A DNA stretch of 64,000 nucleotides from the NCBI GenBank assembly GCA_964498665.1, contig CAZCHR010000001.1:1106-65105 (forward strand), written 5' to 3'. Below the pieces are notes generated by a model, which worked only from the letters and a program-made list of their open reading frames with translations, had not been told where the DNA came from and made no database searches. This DNA comes from an uncultured Tenacibaculum sp. GTDB lineage: Bacteria > Bacteroidota > Bacteroidia > Flavobacteriales > Flavobacteriaceae. The position numbers and the translations under genes were made by a program. Positions 1-9,276 of this stretch are shown here, one piece after another (positions within the stretch are counted from its first letter, which is position 1; each line of letters opens with the position of its first letter).

Positions 1-1
1 T

Positions 2-859
2 AATTATTTAATTTCTGTTTTAAATGATGATTATGAAGTTGTTTTTTCAAGACGCTGTGTTTTTTACGAAGATATTACGAGTGTTGGTGTTGCCGTTTTT
101 AGAAGCAGAAATACAAAATCAAACAAAAAAAAGCAAACAGTTCAGTTTTCAGTTAACCACCCAAATTTATCAATAAATAATACTGCTCAAGAAATAAATG
201 TTTCCGTAATTCAAAATCACAATTGGAATACCTCCATTAACAATATTCAACCAGTTTTTATCAAACCTCAACAATTAATTTACAACCACACTTTTAAAAC
301 AAATTTTTGGGGAGGAAATGAATTTTTAAATTTTGATAGTAAGCACATTCGTAATACTAGCTTAAACATTGCAAGAACCGAACGAAAAGATATATACAAC
401 ACCTACTTATACATAAACGAACCTAGAGCTGACAAAATATATACATATAACCCAGATATTAATGGTCAATTTGTTATTAGAACAGTAGAAGCAAATGATT
501 CTAATACAGAAGCCGACTATTCTTTAGTTCATTTTTCTTTAGATGCTTTTAAACCATACAAAAGCAAAGATGTATATGTTTATGGTGCTTATAACAATTA
601 TCAATTAAACGAAGAAAACAAAATGAAGTATGATGTCATTGATAGGACTTATAAAGCTTCAATTTTATTTAAACAAGGATTTTACAACTACAGTTACACA
701 ACCTTAAACAAAAATAATAGTGTTAACCTGGACGAAATTGATGGGTCTTTTTTTCAAACGGAAAATGAATACACTGTAATTATATATTACAAACCTTTTG
801 GTGAGATTTACGATAGGGTTATTGGTGTTGGAAATGGTTATTTTAACCAAAACAGGTAA
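2..859 (+). CDS. Type IX secretion system plug protein (DUF5103 family), 5'-truncated by window edge
   Basis: Same frame as track ORF 623..859 reads from base 2 (NYLISVLNDDYEVVFSRRCVFYE...) and ends ...FKQGFYNYSY...DGSFFQTENEY...YDRVIG; position upstream of apaG is typical in Flavobacteria. Confidence 0.8.
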   Translation, partial: NYLISVLNDDYEVVFSRRCVFYEDITSVGVAVFRSRNTKSNKKKQTVQFSVNHPNLSINNTAQEINVSVIQNHNWNTSINNIQPVFIKPQQLIYNHTFKTNFWGGNEFLNFDSKHIRNTSLNIARTERKDIYNTYLYINEPRADKIYTYNPDINGQFVIRTVEANDSNTEADYSLVHFSLDAFKPYKSKDVYVYGAYNNYQLNEENKMKYDVIDRTYKASILFKQGFYNYSYTTLNKNNSVNLDEIDGSFFQTENEYTVIIYYKPFGEIYDRVIGVGNGYFNQNR

Positions 860-910
860 TTATTAAAAACTCAAGTTATTTAAATCTTAAAAAAAGCTTA
901 TATTTAAAAC

Positions 911-1297
911 ATGTTTCAACAAATAACCAAAGGTATAAAAATCTCTGTGAAAACCATTTTCAATGGTAAAGTTCGTCGGGGTTATGATGAATATTTTGCT
1001 TTTAGTTATTATATTTCAATTGAAAACAATTCTAGAGAAACAGTACAATTACTAGAACGTTATTGGATTATTTTTGACGCACTTAACAATACTGAATTTG
1101 TAGAAGGTGAAGGTGTCGTTGGTGAAACCCCTATTTTAAAACCAAATGAAGGTTATAATTATAGATCAAACTGTTTTTTACTATCGAACACAGGCGCAAT
1201 GAAAGGAGATTATAAAATGATTAACCTTGATACTTCAGAAGAATTTTTAGTTACCATACCAACTTTTCAACTAACCACAACGCCTACTTTAAATTAA
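911..1297 (+). CDS. apaG: ApaG (Co2+/Mg2+ efflux-associated) protein
   Basis: FSYYISIEN, VQLLERYW, VEGEGVVGETP motifs. Confidence 0.92.
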   Translation: MFQQITKGIKISVKTIFNGKVRRGYDEYFAFSYYISIENNSRETVQLLERYWIIFDALNNTEFVEGEGVVGETPILKPNEGYNYRSNCFLLSNTGAMKGDYKMINLDTSEEFLVTIPTFQLTTTPTLN

Positions 1298-2400
1298 TGT
1301 TTAAAAAAAATAAAACTATCACGGTTAAAGACATGAATTGTCTAAACTGCGGACATCCTTTTAATGGTTATGAGAAATTTTGTCCGGATTGTGGGCAATC
1401 TAATAAAGGAAAAAAAATTACTCTAAAAAGTTTTATTAGTGAAGTATTTGCTGGATTTATTTCTTGGGATGCTAAATTTTGGAAAACAATAATTCCTTTA
1501 CTGATTAAACCAGGTAAAGTATCTAAAGATTATATTGATGGCAAAAGAAGCAGATATTCTAATCCTTTCAGATTCTATATTACTACATCGATTATTTTCT
1601 TTTTGGTTTACGGAGGAATAAATTCTTATGAAAAATTTCAAAAATTTAATAGTGAGCCAACAAAAGAAACCACTAACATCTTAAAAGTAAACAAAAAAGA
1701 TGTTGATATTGACTCATTAAAAAACGCAATAGACAAACAACTTAACAACCCCTTTATACCAATTGACTCTCTTAAAAGAAGAGAGATTTTAAACCAAATA
1801 GAAAGAGAAGCTAAAGATACAACGAGTAATCAATTTGGTCAATTTTCATTTGGTGGAGATTCAAGAATTGACAAACTTATTTCTTTCTTAAAAAGAAAAC
1901 CAAACGCAAGGACAAATGAAGCTTTAGATAGCCTCAAATTTGAAAAGAATTTTGTTAATCGATTTTTATATGATAGAGCTAAAGTTGCAAACTCTCTTGC
2001 TGTAGATAGAGGAGCTTGGGATAAATACATTAAAGAAGTCCTTTCTTACGGGTCAATTTCTTTATTTATTTTTCTACCGATATTTACTCTCTTTTTTAAA
2101 CTATTCTATATTAGAAAAAGATATACCTATGTTGAACATTTAATCTTTGTTTTTCATACGCAAACAGTATTCTTCTTACTACTAACAATTTATGTAGTGC
2201 TAGAGTTTTTTACAAAAAACTCACAAGAATTGCTATTTGTTTTACTTTTTGCATTATACCTTTTTATTGCTATGAAAACATTTTATAAACAAGGATATTT
2301 TAAAACATTTATTAAATTTTCTATGATTAATTTTATGTTTTTAATTTTCGCTACAATCAGTTCGGTTTTATTAGCTTTAATAACCTTTGCTATAATTTAA
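1297..2400 (+). CDS. DUF3667 domain membrane protein with N-terminal Zn ribbon
   Basis: CLNC...FCPDCGQ ribbon, YIDGKRSRYSNPFRFY motif, several TM helices. Confidence 0.8.
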   Translation: MFKKNKTITVKDMNCLNCGHPFNGYEKFCPDCGQSNKGKKITLKSFISEVFAGFISWDAKFWKTIIPLLIKPGKVSKDYIDGKRSRYSNPFRFYITTSIIFFLVYGGINSYEKFQKFNSEPTKETTNILKVNKKDVDIDSLKNAIDKQLNNPFIPIDSLKRREILNQIEREAKDTTSNQFGQFSFGGDSRIDKLISFLKRKPNARTNEALDSLKFEKNFVNRFLYDRAKVANSLAVDRGAWDKYIKEVLSYGSISLFIFLPIFTLFFKLFYIRKRYTYVEHLIFVFHTQTVFFLLLTIYVVLEFFTKNSQELLFVLLFALYLFIAMKTFYKQGYFKTFIKFSMINFMFLIFATISSVLLALITFAII

Positions 2401-2403
2401 TAT

Positions 2404-3081
2404 TTAAAGTAAATCTATATAACTCATTTTAATATCATCCGTTTCTTTTCTCACTGAAGTAACACTAACGGTTTGCACACGAGAACGCTTCATTTTTAAT
2501 GATATTTCTGGACTCCCTTTAGTTTCATCTTGATGAAATTTTAAAATATCTTTTTGTTTAAAAATTTTATTCTCACCTAACCAATCAGCAAACCAATCGC
2601 GACGCAACTGCTTCATTTCTTCATTATACAGGGTAGATGAAGACCAAATTTTAGGTTTATCGTCTAATTTTTCAAAATATTTTTGTGTTCCATCCCAAAC
2701 CAGCTCATATGCTTTTAAACTCATAGCCCAATCAACTAAAACAATCGTAAAAGGTTCTATTCCATCAAAATCAAAGTGATTTATAATCTCAACAGGATTA
2801 TCAACTTTTAATAATTGCTTTACAATTACACCTCTACTCATTCGATAACTCTCAGCTCTTTTATGCTTTGCAAACCCTCCGTTTAATAGACAAATCAGTC
2901 GTTTTTTTTCAGACAAACCAATCCAAGTTCCTCCAGCTAATTCATCTTTCGGGTAAGTTAATTTCACCCCCTCCTCTTCATATACTTTTGGTGATATTGT
3001 ATTTCGTTTCGGATCTTCATCTCTATTTGATGTTAATATAAAATCATCACTCGCTAAAGGCAAATAAGTTACCGTGCACAT
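2404..3081 (-). CDS. NRDE/TANGO2 family protein
   Basis: MCTV N-terminus, SNRDE, GGTWIG, LLNG, SRG motifs. Confidence 0.92.
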   Translation of the reverse strand: MCTVTYLPLASDDFILTSNRDEDPKRNTISPKVYEEEGVKLTYPKDELAGGTWIGLSEKKRLICLLNGGFAKHKRAESYRMSRGVIVKQLLKVDNPVEIINHFDFDGIEPFTIVLVDWAMSLKAYELVWDGTQKYFEKLDDKPKIWSSSTLYNEEMKQLRRDWFADWLGENKIFKQKDILKFHQDETKGSPEISLKMKRSRVQTVSVTSVRKETDDIKMSYIDLL

Positions 3082-3143
3082 ATTGTATTTATTTTTGATA
3101 AATTGAGAGGTAAAAACAACTTAGTTTTTACTAAAATAAGTGT

Positions 3144-3151
3144 TAACTTTG
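3144..3151 (+). promoter_or_regulatory. Bacteroidota housekeeping promoter -7 element upstream of pruA
   Basis: TAACTTTG matches TAnnTTTG. Similar elements at 7589, 10953, 14547, 20660, 29805, 35049, 40196 (+) and 7468, 51125, 59252, 61021, 63323 (-). Confidence 0.65.
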
Positions 3152-3276
3152 TACCGCAAAATAATCTAAGATTTTTTTGATAAAGTAAACTTATTAATCT
3201 TTTACAAATTAATAGTATTTGATTTTGTTTTTTACTTTTTAACAAAATTTTTTTAACACACAAACAACACCTTAAA

Positions 3277-4902
3277 ATGGCAAGAGGATTTTTTAATATT
3301 CCTAAAGCAGTAAACGAACCTGTTAAAGGATACGCTCCTGGATCACCAGAAAGAGAAGAATTATTAGCAATGTACAAGAGTATGTTTAATAGCAATATTG
3401 ACGTACCAATGCACATTAATGGAGAAGAAATTAGAACAGGAAACACTAAAAATATTACTCCTCCACACGATCATAAACACATAGTTGGTCAATACCATAC
3501 TGCAGACAAATCTCACGTAGATGCTGCAATAGCTACTGCTTTAGATACAAGAGAAGCTTGGTCTTCTGTTTCTTGGACAGAAAGAGCATCTATCTTTTTA
3601 AAAGCTGCCGAATTATTAGCAGGACCTTATAGAGCAAAAATGAATGCTGCAACAATGATTGCGCAATCTAAAAACGTACATCAAGCAGAAATTGATGCGG
3701 CTTGTGAAATGATTGATTTCTTCCGTTTTAACGTAGAATTCATGATTGATATTTTTAAAGAGCAACCAGAATCTGCTCCTGGAATATGGAATCGTGTTGA
3801 ATACAGACCACTAGAAGGATTTGTATACGCAATTACTCCTTTTAACTTTACATCTATTGCCGCAAATTTACCAGCAGCAGCAGCTTTAATGGGTAACGTT
3901 GTAGTTTGGAAACCATCTGATCATCAAGCATATTCTGCACAAGTAATTGTTGATTTATTTAAAGAAGCTGGTTTACCTGACGGTGTAATAAACGTTATAT
4001 ATGGTGACCCAGTAATGATTACCGATACTGTATTGGCTTCTCCAGATTTTTCTGGATTACACTTTACCGGATCTACACATGTTTTCAAAAACTTATGGAA
4101 ACAAATAGGTGAGAACATTCACACCTACAAAACATACCCAAGAATTGTTGGAGAAACTGGTGGAAAAGATTTTATCTGGGCTCATAACTCAGCAAATCCT
4201 TTACAAGTAGCTACAGGAATTACTAGAGGTGCTTTCGAATACCAAGGTCAAAAATGTTCAGCAGCTTCACGTGCTTACATTCCTGCTTCTATTTGGGAAG
4301 AAGTTAAAGGTCATTTAATTACTCAAACAAGTGAGTTAAAAATGGGATCTCCAGAAGACACTAATAACTTTATAAATGCAGTTATTCATGAAGGTTCTTT
4401 TGACAAAATTGCTAAATATATTGACGCTGCAAAAGCTGATGCTGACGCTGAAGTAATTATTGGTGGTAATCACGATAAATCTAAAGGATACTTTATCGAG
4501 CCTACAGTAATTTTAGCAAAATCTCCAAAATACGCAACTATGTGTACTGAGTTATTCGGACCAGTAATTACTATTTACGTATATGAAGATGCTGAATGGG
4601 AAGCTTCATTAAAATTAGTTGATGAATCTACAGAATACGCTTTAACTGGTGCTATTTTCTCTACTGATAGATATATTGTTGAAAAAGCTTCTAAAGCTTT
4701 AGAAAACGCAGCAGGAAACTTTTATATTAATGACAAACCAACAGGTGCTGTTGTAGGACAACAACCATTTGGAGGAGCTAGAGCCTCTGGAACAAATGAT
4801 AAAGCTGGTTCTCCTCAAAATTTATTACGTTGGACTTCTGTTCGTTTAATAAAAGAAACATTTGTTACTCCAACAGATTATAAATACCCTTTCTTAGGAT
4901 AA
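3277..4902 (+). CDS. pruA: L-glutamate gamma-semialdehyde (1-pyrroline-5-carboxylate) dehydrogenase
   Basis: ALDH motifs PFNF, FTGS, ETGGKD, GQKCSA, ELFGP, QQPFGGARASGTNDK. Confidence 0.95.
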   Translation: MARGFFNIPKAVNEPVKGYAPGSPEREELLAMYKSMFNSNIDVPMHINGEEIRTGNTKNITPPHDHKHIVGQYHTADKSHVDAAIATALDTREAWSSVSWTERASIFLKAAELLAGPYRAKMNAATMIAQSKNVHQAEIDAACEMIDFFRFNVEFMIDIFKEQPESAPGIWNRVEYRPLEGFVYAITPFNFTSIAANLPAAAALMGNVVVWKPSDHQAYSAQVIVDLFKEAGLPDGVINVIYGDPVMITDTVLASPDFSGLHFTGSTHVFKNLWKQIGENIHTYKTYPRIVGETGGKDFIWAHNSANPLQVATGITRGAFEYQGQKCSAASRAYIPASIWEEVKGHLITQTSELKMGSPEDTNNFINAVIHEGSFDKIAKYIDAAKADADAEVIIGGNHDKSKGYFIEPTVILAKSPKYATMCTELFGPVITIYVYEDAEWEASLKLVDESTEYALTGAIFSTDRYIVEKASKALENAAGNFYINDKPTGAVVGQQPFGGARASGTNDKAGSPQNLLRWTSVRLIKETFVTPTDYKYPFLG

Positions 4903-4924
4903 TTTTATTTTCTTTATAGATATT

Positions 4925-4956
4925 AAAAGCAACCTCAAAAATGAGGTTGCTTTTTT
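4925..4956 (+). terminator. Intrinsic terminator after pruA
   Basis: AAAAGCAACCTCA-aaaa-TGAGGTTGCTTTTTT. Confidence 0.88.
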
Positions 4957-5093
4957 ATTTAAAAACCTAAACTAACTTCTGCTATATTTAGATAACATTA
5001 AATACAAATCAATAAAAAACACAATGTACTAATTACTTATATTATTCATAAAATACTTAGCTGAATTAAAACAAAAAAACTAGTTATACTTAT

Positions 5094-5107
5094 TTGACAA
5101 TTGTCAA
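5094..5107. promoter_or_regulatory. Perfect 14-bp palindrome, candidate operator upstream of amidase
   Basis: TTGACAATTGTCAA, 46 nt before the ATG. Confidence 0.5.
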
Positions 5108-5153
5108 GTATATTTAATTATATAGTTCATTCCTTTGTACAAAACACTCAGTA

Positions 5154-6623
5154 ATGAACATAAAAATAACAGAATTATCTGCCACAGAAATAGCTTTTAA
5201 AGTAAAGAACAAAGAAATTTCTGTTCTAGAAACCGTAAACGCTTTTTTAAAACGAATCGAAAAAATAAACCCAATAGTTAATGCCATTTGTGAACTACGC
5301 AAAAAAGAAGACCTTCTTAATGAAGCTCGTAAAAAAGACACCTTACTTGAAAAAGGAAAACAAACAGGATTATTATTTGGTGTTCCAATTACTATTAAAG
5401 ATAGCATACAGGTAAAAGGGTTAAAAAATTCAAACGGTGACCCTATGTTAAAAAATTATATTGCCACCGAAGATGCCGAATTAGTTAAAAGACTAAAAAA
5501 TGAAGGAGCTATTATAATTGGAAAAACCAATATCGCTCTTTTTTGCATGGATTGGCAAAGCTCCAATTTTTGGAATGGACAAACTAATAACCCTTATGAC
5601 ATAACAAGAGTAGCTGGTGGAAGTTCTGGTGGTTCAGCTGCAGCCATTTCATCTAATTTAAGTGCCTTAGACCTAGGTGCAGACGCTGGGGGTTCAGTAA
5701 GAATACCTGCTCATTTCAATGGTATTTGTGGATTAAGACCCACAGAGAACTATCTTTCAAATAGAGGTCATGTAAAAGCACCTAAAAAACCTCAAGGAAG
5801 AAGGCATATTATAACCCCTGGACCTTTTGCTAAAAATGTAGACGACTTAATATTAATGATGAAAGTACTTGGAAATAATGCTAAATACCGTCTTCCAGAG
5901 CTCCCTAATATTGATTTTAATCATTCGCAGTGGGATAAACAACCTTTAAATATTGCCTACTCAAATACCATAAATAATTCAGAAATTGATAGTGAGTATT
6001 TAAACTTATTCAAAAAATTTATTACCAAAATAAAAGGAGAATCACATAATTTTCAAATAGATCATCCTAAATATGATGAAGATAAAGCGTATTTAGAATG
6101 CAATAAACTCATTGGTTTCGAAATTGGAGTTAATTTTCCAAAAGCCCCATTATTAAGTACCTTTATGTATTCTTTTTTTAGATTAAAATATAAAGATCAT
6201 TTATGGGCAAAAGGAATGGCTTTAGGCCCAAATTTATCAAACGCTAAATATGCAAAAACAATAGACTATAAAGATCAATTTTCTGAAATATATGATGCTT
6301 TTTTAACTAAATATGACATTTGGATAACACCAGTTTGTTCAATGGAGGCTTATAAACATCAAAAAGCAGGAAAACCATTTGTAATAAACGGCAAAAAAAT
6401 ACCATATACAAAAGCTTTAGCTTCATTTGTATTTACTACAGGATTTTCAGGACATCCAATAGTTGTTATTCCAATAGAAAAAAAACAAAATGGAATGCCG
6501 GTAGGGATTCAAATTCATTCTCGAAAATGGACTGATCGAAAATTATTAGATATTGCTAAATATTTTGAACAATTTACTGAAGGATTTCAAGCTCCTCAAA
6601 TAAAAGGAATTCTTAAACCATAA
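5154..6623 (+). CDS. Amidase signature family enzyme
   Basis: GVPITIKD, GKTN, GGSSGGS, DAGGSVRIPA motifs. Confidence 0.92.
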   Translation: MNIKITELSATEIAFKVKNKEISVLETVNAFLKRIEKINPIVNAICELRKKEDLLNEARKKDTLLEKGKQTGLLFGVPITIKDSIQVKGLKNSNGDPMLKNYIATEDAELVKRLKNEGAIIIGKTNIALFCMDWQSSNFWNGQTNNPYDITRVAGGSSGGSAAAISSNLSALDLGADAGGSVRIPAHFNGICGLRPTENYLSNRGHVKAPKKPQGRRHIITPGPFAKNVDDLILMMKVLGNNAKYRLPELPNIDFNHSQWDKQPLNIAYSNTINNSEIDSEYLNLFKKFITKIKGESHNFQIDHPKYDEDKAYLECNKLIGFEIGVNFPKAPLLSTFMYSFFRLKYKDHLWAKGMALGPNLSNAKYAKTIDYKDQFSEIYDAFLTKYDIWITPVCSMEAYKHQKAGKPFVINGKKIPYTKALASFVFTTGFSGHPIVVIPIEKKQNGMPVGIQIHSRKWTDRKLLDIAKYFEQFTEGFQAPQIKGILKP

Positions 6624-6730
6624 AAGAGTATAGTAATTAACACAAAAGAATGCTTTATCCTAAAACTTATTATAGTTTTAACATACTTAAAGAACAACCC
6701 AGATACTCAGATATTGCATAAATACTCACT

Positions 6731-6770
6731 AGAATAAAAAACAACTTCAAATAAAGTTGTTTTTTATTCT
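6731..6770. terminator. Bidirectional terminator between amidase and YceI gene
   Basis: AGAATAAAAAACAACTT-loop-AAGTTGTTTTTTATTCT. Confidence 0.75.
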
Positions 6771-6815
6771 TATGTTAACCTCCATTACCTTTCGCTAACC
6801 TTGAATATTAATTAT

Positions 6816-7445
6816 TTAAACTAATTCGATTTTCATATTTAAATACAACCATTTAGTTGGCACATTATCTGATTTTCCGTTAACAATTAAATCATAATCA
6901 ATACCCCAATCAAATAAATTTACTTGCCCTTCTAAAACTAATCTGGTTGCTGTTTGTTGATATGAATTACGAATTCCCGTAGCATATAACTTCACTTCTT
7001 TTTCTATCCCTTTTATTGACATTATACCATTAATTTGATACCAGTCTAATCCCATAGTATATACATTGGTAGATTTAAATATAATTTTCTCATCATTTTC
7101 TCCAACAAACAATCCAGAGGTTCGAACTTTAGGAGTTAATTCTTTCGCTCTACAAACATTAAATGTATTTGGATCAACTTCAAACGAAATCACCACGTTT
7201 TCCAACGGATTCCCTAAATCTAATCGAACAGGGTAATTTACTTTCAAATTATTTACTACTCCTGTAAATGGAGTACTACAATGTCCGTGAGTGACAAAAA
7301 AATTCATTGTTTTTGCCTCTTTACATACTGTTTCTTTTATTGCTTCAACTTTATTTTCTTCTGGTATGGTTTTAGTATAACCACTTACAATAACCACTAT
7401 TACCAATACAAGTAACAATAAAACACTCTTTTTAATTTTGCTCAT
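6816..7445 (-). CDS. YceI-like lipid/polyisoprenoid-binding protein, exported
   Basis: N-terminal hydrophobic segment; IIFKST, YQINGIMSIKGIEKEV, VNLFDWGI resemble YceI. Confidence 0.75.
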   Translation of the reverse strand: MSKIKKSVLLLLVLVIVVIVSGYTKTIPEENKVEAIKETVCKEAKTMNFFVTHGHCSTPFTGVVNNLKVNYPVRLDLGNPLENVVISFEVDPNTFNVCRAKELTPKVRTSGLFVGENDEKIIFKSTNVYTMGLDWYQINGIMSIKGIEKEVKLYATGIRNSYQQTATRLVLEGQVNLFDWGIDYDLIVNGKSDNVPTKWLYLNMKIELV

Positions 7446-7628
7446 AATAATACATTTAATATTTCTACAAAAATAGATTGAGCACCTTGTAAAATATGTG
7501 AATCAAATGTAAAAAAAGTGTAAAATGACCTTAAAAAAGACTCAAAACAATCAATTAAAACACTAATAAGCAAGTAATTAATTTTTATTATATTTGAGAT
7601 ATAAAGTACATTCTTATTCCCCCAATAA

Positions 7629-9263
7629 ATGGAAAACTTAAATCAACACTCTCAAGTTTTAGGACTTCGTAAAGCAAAACACTTTTTAAGAAGAACCTCT
7701 TTTAACTATACCAAAGAAACTTTAAATGAATTCGCTTCGTTAACTGCTGAACAAGCTTTTAATAAAATCACAGTTACACAAGTTAATATTTGGTCAGAAC
7801 CTTACGATCATTTACCTAATGGAAATCCTGATGGTAATTGGACCTCATCTACAACACCACCTAATCAATTTGATGGACAAACAAGAAAAAGAAGAATAAT
7901 TACTAGCTGGTGGTGGTACAATGGGATACATCAAAACTCATTGCTTCAAAAATTAACTTTTTTTCTACACACCTCTTTTACCGTAGCTAAAGATAGTGGT
8001 ACTGGCGCATCTACTTACTTTTTTGACCATCTAAGATTGTTAGAAAAATATGCTTTTGGTAATTTAAAAAGTTTAGCAAAAAAAATCACTTTTGATAATG
8101 CAATGCTAAACTATTTAGACAACACTCAAAACAATGCAAATAACCCAAATGAAAATTACGCCCGAGAGTTTTTAGAGTTATTTACAATTTTAAAAGGACC
8201 TCAAATAGGAACTGGAAACTACACTAATTATACTGAATTAGATGTACAACAAACCGCCAAAGTTTTTTCTGGTATAAAAATTCAAGGAGACAGAAGTATT
8301 ATTGACAGCGATACCAACTTACCTAAAGGAAGAATAGCAATAAACCAACACGATAAAAACGATAAAAAATTTAGCACCGCCTTTGATGAGCAAGTTATTG
8401 AAGGAAAAGATACTGAAGCAGGTATAAACCAAGAACTTGATTTATTTGTTGAAATGGTATTTTCAAAAGATGCTACAGCAATATCGTTTTGTAGAAAGCT
8501 ATATCGTTTTTTTGTAAAAAGTGAATGGAATGATGAAATTGAAAATAACATTATAAAACCTTTAGCTACTGAATTAAAAAACAATAACTACGAAATATTT
8601 CCTACTGTAAAAAAATTAATTACTTCTAATCATTTTTTTGATGCGAGTGATGGTAATCCTAATGATGAAATAATTGGAAGTATTATTAAAAGCCCTTTAC
8701 AGTTAATAACAGAAACTATTTCTTTCTTTAAACTAGAAATTCCAGATCCAATTAATAATACTTCTGAGTTTTATACATTTTTTAATTTTATACACAATTC
8801 TTATTTAACAGCTGCCGGAATGAGTCTTTGGTCTCCAGATTCTGTTGCTGGTTACCCAGCTCATTATCAAGAACCAGACTTTGATCGTCACTGGTTTTCA
8901 TCAAACACTGTACTTTCTCGTTATAAAATGATAGAAAGCTTAATTATAGGAAGAAATTTAATTGGTAATAATAGTAGAATTCAAACATCTTTAAATAGTC
9001 CTGAATTTATAAAAAATAACATTACAAATGCTTCAGATGCTATTGGTTTAATAACTGAACTAAGTGATTACTTATATCCTGAAAGTATTAGCGAAGAAAG
9101 AAAAAATTACTTTGCTGAAAACTTACTTGAAGGTTTTCCCGCTTATTATTGGACCAACGCTTGGTCTCAATACATTAACGGAGGTGATGATATGGTGGTT
9201 AAAACCAGATTAGACTCCTTGTTTATAAGAATGATTAATGCTCCTGAATTTCAATTAATGTAA
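7629..9263 (+). CDS. DUF1800 domain protein
   Basis: HFLRR, MLNYLDN, NPNENYAREFLELFT motifs. Confidence 0.9.
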   Translation: MENLNQHSQVLGLRKAKHFLRRTSFNYTKETLNEFASLTAEQAFNKITVTQVNIWSEPYDHLPNGNPDGNWTSSTTPPNQFDGQTRKRRIITSWWWYNGIHQNSLLQKLTFFLHTSFTVAKDSGTGASTYFFDHLRLLEKYAFGNLKSLAKKITFDNAMLNYLDNTQNNANNPNENYAREFLELFTILKGPQIGTGNYTNYTELDVQQTAKVFSGIKIQGDRSIIDSDTNLPKGRIAINQHDKNDKKFSTAFDEQVIEGKDTEAGINQELDLFVEMVFSKDATAISFCRKLYRFFVKSEWNDEIENNIIKPLATELKNNNYEIFPTVKKLITSNHFFDASDGNPNDEIIGSIIKSPLQLITETISFFKLEIPDPINNTSEFYTFFNFIHNSYLTAAGMSLWSPDSVAGYPAHYQEPDFDRHWFSSNTVLSRYKMIESLIIGRNLIGNNSRIQTSLNSPEFIKNNITNASDAIGLITELSDYLYPESISEERKNYFAENLLEGFPAYYWTNAWSQYINGGDDMVVKTRLDSLFIRMINAPEFQLM

Positions 9264-9276
9264 CAATTCCCCCGAT

